Of a DNA stretch of 64,000 nucleotides, positions 61,174 to 64,000 are shown in pieces; position 1 is the stretch's first letter, and every line of letters begins with the position of its first letter. The translations under genes were made by a program, and so were the position numbers. The notes below the pieces were generated by a model that saw only the letters and a program-made list of their open reading frames with translations, was not told the origin of the DNA and did not search any database. The DNA is from an uncultured Acidobacteriota bacterium (GTDB lineage: Bacteria; Acidobacteriota; Vicinamibacteria; Vicinamibacterales; UBA2999): the NCBI GenBank assembly GCA_963723005.1, contig CAVRPA010000004.1:13053-77052 (forward strand), in the 5' to 3' direction.

Positions 61174-61210
61174 GTCAACCGGTCAATATGTCAGAGGTCA
61201 ACACGTCAGC
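61174..61210 (+). repeat. five direct ~8-nt repeats GTCA(A/G)(C/T)
   Basis: GTCAAC, GTCAAT, GTCAGA, GTCAAC and GTCAGC start at 61174, 61182, 61190, 61197 and 61205 (spacing 8, 8, 7, 8). Confidence 0.7.
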
Positions 61211-61420
61211 CGAATCACACACTCCTCAGTCGTCGGCCGCTGTGGGTTGTGGTATTCATCCTGATCGAGAACGCCAGAACGGGAGGTGTGTGGTGGCCAG
61301 TGAGACCCTCACTCGATTCCGGGTCCATGCTGCGAGCGTGCTGCTGACCGCCGGCGGCGCGACGACTATCCTCGCGGCCGACGCCGTCGTCCAGGCGCGC
61401 GACGCGCACGGCGTGACGCG

Positions 61421-61672
61421 GTGACGCCGACGGACCTCGCCTTGCTGTTGCCGGTCGTGGGGGCCATCGCGGTCGCGATCGCCGTGGTGGTCGCCGTCAT
61501 CCGCACGAGCCGACGGCGGTCGGGCGCGCTGGGCGCGGGCGATGCGGGCTCGGGTGGCGCGGGGTACCTGTTCGTCGACGGCGACGGCGCGGCCGGCAGT
61601 GGCCACAGCCACGGCCACGGGGAGGCCTGCGACGGGCACGACGGCGACGGCGGCGACGGCGGCAGCGACTGA
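61421..61672 (+). CDS. possible small TM protein with Gly/Asp/His-rich tail
   Basis: 83-aa ORF: LALLLPVVGAIAVAIAVVVAVI helix, then GHSHGHGEACDGHDGDGGDGGSD. There is no homology support, so this could be a non-coding open frame. Confidence 0.25.
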   Translation: MTPTDLALLLPVVGAIAVAIAVVVAVIRTSRRRSGALGAGDAGSGGAGYLFVDGDGAAGSGHSHGHGEACDGHDGDGGDGGSD

Positions 61673-62077
61673 AACAAAAAGCGAGGACGGTAGCCCAGCT
61701 ACCGTCGCTGCCGCCACCGACCTCGACTTGAAACGGATCGGCTTCATCACGCCCGACGTGGAGGAACATTGACCCGGTGGCAGTGGGTGGCGTTGCTGGT
61801 GCTGCTGTACGGGGTGCCGATCGTCGTGTTTGGCCGCTCCCGGAGAGAACATGGCGGTCGCAATGCTGATCGGCGCCGCGCTCGGGGGCCTCGTGCGCTT
61901 CTACCGCGGCCGCCACGACAGGAAGGGCACCCCATGAGCAAACGCCAGCCGATCGCCACCGTCGCGGTGTGCGCCGCCACAGCCGCCGCCCGCGCTGGAC
62001 ATACACCAGCCGCGGGCGTGAGGAACTTACGGAATTATTAGGTTGGACGGTCTGGTGTCTCTGAGGCGCGCGGGCCG

Positions 62078-62230
62078 CTGCACTTCGTGGGGGCGCTGGT
62101 GGCAGGCGTCCCCGGCGGCTTACCGTGGGCCGTCGCTGGCGCTCTCATCACCGCCGCGCTTGCGGCATCGCTGCTGCCGGCTCGACGGGCGACGAGGGTG
62201 GCTCCGATGGAAGTGATGCGAAGCGAATAG
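62078..62230 (+). pseudogene. remnant of the C-terminus of an FtsX/MacB-type (ADOP-like) ABC permease
   Basis: The frame translates to LHFVGALVAGVPGGLPWAVAGALITAALAASLLPARRATRVAPMEVMRSE-stop, the last TM helix plus the conserved LPARRA.RV.PM..LR.E tail. No upstream permease body or start codon is present. Confidence 0.5.
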
Positions 62231-62340
62231 CGCGGATTCTTCGATTAGAGCAGAGCTGGCCGTTGAATTTCACCTAAGAGCGTCGATAAGGTCGCGCCGG
62301 ATCACACAGGCGTGGCACGTCGATTGGATGTTTAACGGGC

Positions 62341-62715
62341 ATGACGAGAACCATGCTTGCGCTGGCCATCTCGACCACTGTCGCGTGCGGGCTCGATGCC
62401 TCAGCTCAGCGCACCTCGCGCTCCAGGACGCTCCAGGTGCAGGTGACCGCCTACTGCGATCAGGGCGAGACCGCCTCGGGCGTGCAGACCAGGCGTGGCA
62501 TCGTAGCTGCCGATCCGGGCGTGCTGCCGCTCGGCAGCCGCATTCGCGTCGAGGGGCTCGCAGCCCACAATGGCACCTACGACGTGGAGGACACGGGGCG
62601 CGCGGTGAAGGGACGTATCATCGACATCTTCATGCGCGACTGTGCCGCGGCGAAGCGATTCGGCCGCCAGACCGCTCGCGTGCAGGTGTTGAGCGTTGGC
62701 GACGACTCGCGTTGA
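62341..62715 (+). CDS. 3D-domain (MltA-like double-psi barrel) protein, secreted
   Basis: 124 aa with a signal/lipobox-like N-terminus. VTAYCDQGETASG...GIVAADPGVLPLGSRIRVEG...YDVEDTGRAVKGRIIDIFM matches the 3D domain pattern. Confidence 0.8.
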   Translation: MTRTMLALAISTTVACGLDASAQRTSRSRTLQVQVTAYCDQGETASGVQTRRGIVAADPGVLPLGSRIRVEGLAAHNGTYDVEDTGRAVKGRIIDIFMRDCAAAKRFGRQTARVQVLSVGDDSR

Positions 62716-62822
62716 GCCCAAGGGGCATCGCGTGCGCTGCCGTCCACGCGGCGGACGCCAAGCAGATCGAATACCGCGGGTTGCGGAAACGGGCGGCGTG
62801 TAGGTGAGCAGTCCGGGCGAGC

Positions 62823-62904
62823 CTCCGGTCTCCGACTTCCGACTCCCGACTCACGTCTCAAGCCCTCAAGACCCAAGACCCAAGACCCAAGACCTAAGAC
62901 CCCG
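62823..62904. repeat. composite 7-nt arrays (CTCCGAC/CTCCCGA block, then CCCAAGA block)
   Basis: ctccggtctccgacttccgactcccgactcacgtc, then tcaagccctcaagacccaagacccaagacccaagacctaagacccc. Confidence 0.95.
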
Positions 62905-62960
62905 GTTCCACCCGATACGGCACAATAGCCCGGAAGTGACTGCAGCTCGAGCGAGGCGTC

Positions 62961-63620
62961 TTGCCTGAACCCCTCTCGATGGGCCTGGTCTGGCTGACGC
63001 TGGACCTTGCCGGCACGGCCGTGTTCGCCATCAGCGGCGCCGCGGTCGGCGTGAAGCATCGTCTCGATGTGTTCGGGCTCTCGGTGCTCGCCTTCGTCGC
63101 GGGCAATGCCGGCGGGATGATCCGCGACGTGCTGCTCGGCGCAACCCCTCCGGCTGCGCTCAGTGGATGGCATCACGTGACCGTGTCGCTGGTTGCGGCG
63201 TTGCTGACGTTTGTGTGGCACCCGCGGATCGAACGGCTGCGCACGCCGATTCTCCTGTTCGATGCCGCTGGACTCGGGTTGTTTGCGGTGTCTGGAACAC
63301 AGAAGGCGCTCGCCTACGGACTCGATCCGCTCGTCGCGGCGATACTCGGCATGCTCAGCGGAATCGGGGGCGGCGTGCTTCGTGATCTGCTCGTCAACGA
63401 GATTCCCACCGTGCTCCGCCGCGGCGAGCTCTACGCCGTGGCCGCGTTTGCCGGAGCAGCCGTGGTCGTCGCGGGGCACTGGCTTCAGCTTCCGTCGTCC
63501 GTGCCGACGATGATCGGGGGCGCGGTATTGTGCTTTGGTCTTCGGCTCGTGTCGATCCGGCGCGGCTGGTCACTTCCCACGGCCGAAGACATCGAGTGGC
63601 CTCCCCAGAAGCAACGATGA
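62961..63620 (+). CDS. trimeric intracellular cation channel-like (UPF0126/YadS) membrane protein
   Basis: 219 aa with a duplicated glycine-rich motif (FVAGNAGGMIRDVLLG and MLSGIGGGVLRDLLVNE), typical of the UPF0126 family. Confidence 0.8.
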   Translation: MPEPLSMGLVWLTLDLAGTAVFAISGAAVGVKHRLDVFGLSVLAFVAGNAGGMIRDVLLGATPPAALSGWHHVTVSLVAALLTFVWHPRIERLRTPILLFDAAGLGLFAVSGTQKALAYGLDPLVAAILGMLSGIGGGVLRDLLVNEIPTVLRRGELYAVAAFAGAAVVVAGHWLQLPSSVPTMIGGAVLCFGLRLVSIRRGWSLPTAEDIEWPPQKQR

Positions 63621-63654
63621 TCTCGAGTCACCCACCCAGGTTCAGGAGACGACG

Positions 63655-64000
63655 ATGAAGATTCGCGGAGAGTTCGACGTGAAGATGACCCCGCTGCCCG
63701 CCGAAGAGGCCGCGGGCCCGATGGGGCGGTTCCTGCTGGACAAGCAGTATCGCGGCGACCTGACCGGAGCGAGCCGTGGGCAGATGGTCGCGTTCCGCTC
63801 GGCCACGGACGGATCCGCCGGTTACGTGGCGATGGAGCAGGTGACCGGGACGCTCGCCGGCCGCGCCGGCACGTTCGTGCTGCAGCACAGCAGCCTGATG
63901 ACGCGCGGCGTGCCGACGCAGAGCATCACCGTGGTCCCCGACTCCGGCACGGGCGAGCTGGCCGGGCTCTCCGGCTCGATGACCATCGACGTCGTCGACA
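63655..64000 (+). CDS. DUF3224-like protein, N-terminal part (3' end outside the window)
   Basis: AGGAG lies 7 nt before the ATG at 63655. MKIRGEFDVKMTPLP...GRFLLDKQYRGDLTGASRGQMVAF...GYVAMEQVTGTLAGRAGTFVLQH. The frame is open to the window end and is not in the ORF track because no stop is reached. Confidence 0.65.
   Translation, partial: MKIRGEFDVKMTPLPAEEAAGPMGRFLLDKQYRGDLTGASRGQMVAFRSATDGSAGYVAMEQVTGTLAGRAGTFVLQHSSLMTRGVPTQSITVVPDSGTGELAGLSGSMTIDVVD

Noticed and set aside
60270-62340. Lower-GC patch considered as a prophage remnant, an insertion sequence or an integrative element.
   Set aside because: No integrase, transposase, terminal inverted repeats, flanking direct repeats or tRNA attachment site could be recognised, so only compositional deviation and a gene remnant are reported.
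6164-62904. Heptamer arrays considered as CRISPR arrays or as coding low-complexity repeats.
   Set aside because: The units are 7 nt with no unique spacers and no cas genes. The period is not a multiple of 3. The ORFs that cross them (for example 29409..30230, 29336..29752, 37950..38312, 57449..57730) have no other coding signal.
1-64000. Search for tRNA, rRNA, tmRNA and obvious riboswitch signatures in the longer gaps (3968-4352, 8366-8460, 40237-40464, 60856-61420, 62231-62340).
   Set aside because: I found no T-loop/acceptor-stem pattern (GGTTCGAATCC-like with complementary ends), no rRNA-like conserved tracts and no B12/TPP-box-like consensus by eye. A covariance-model scan (tRNAscan-SE, Infernal/Rfam) would be needed to exclude them.

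Overview
High-GC bacterial chromosomal window (hand counts give about 67-73% in most genes). It looks most like an Acidobacteriota-type genome: CarboxypepD_reg-type TonB-dependent receptors without SusD, an ECF sigma/Ser-Thr kinase pair, a kinase-beta-propeller fusion and an FtsX/ADOP-type permease remnant. About 45 genes are supported. They include mutM and mug, two TonB-dependent receptors, an aldehyde dehydrogenase, and an ECF sigma plus TPR kinase pair. That pair sits divergent from an ~11.5 kb giant secreted gene (PKD-like/DUF11/cadherin-like/discoidin/FG-GAP/PASTA/RHS-YD) that ends in an unassignable, lower-GC C-terminal domain. There is also a Rieske/cytochrome b/nine-haem cytochrome c operon and a ~16 kb pectin/hexuronate utilisation locus (ROK regulator, KduI/IolB, KduD, Nramp-like permease, Eda, KdgK, receptor, esterases, PL10-like pectate lyase, GH43). 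Two window-wide peculiarities stand out. (1) Thirteen intergenic regions carry modular tandem arrays of 7-nt units drawn from a small shared vocabulary (CCCAAGA, CTCCCGA, GATCCCC, GGTTCTA, CCGGAYA and others). Most are G3/C3+N4 units, so they are potential G-quadruplex/i-motif tracts, and I cannot assign them to any described element. (2) About 45 reading-frame breaks are clustered in blocks separated by clean multi-kb stretches. This suggests uneven assembly or polishing error rather than genuine pseudogenisation, but the sequence alone cannot settle it. I recognised no rRNA, tRNA, CRISPR array, transposase or integrase. Coordinates not taken from the ORF track (frame-break positions, repeat limits, revised starts) are hand-derived and may be off by a few bases.
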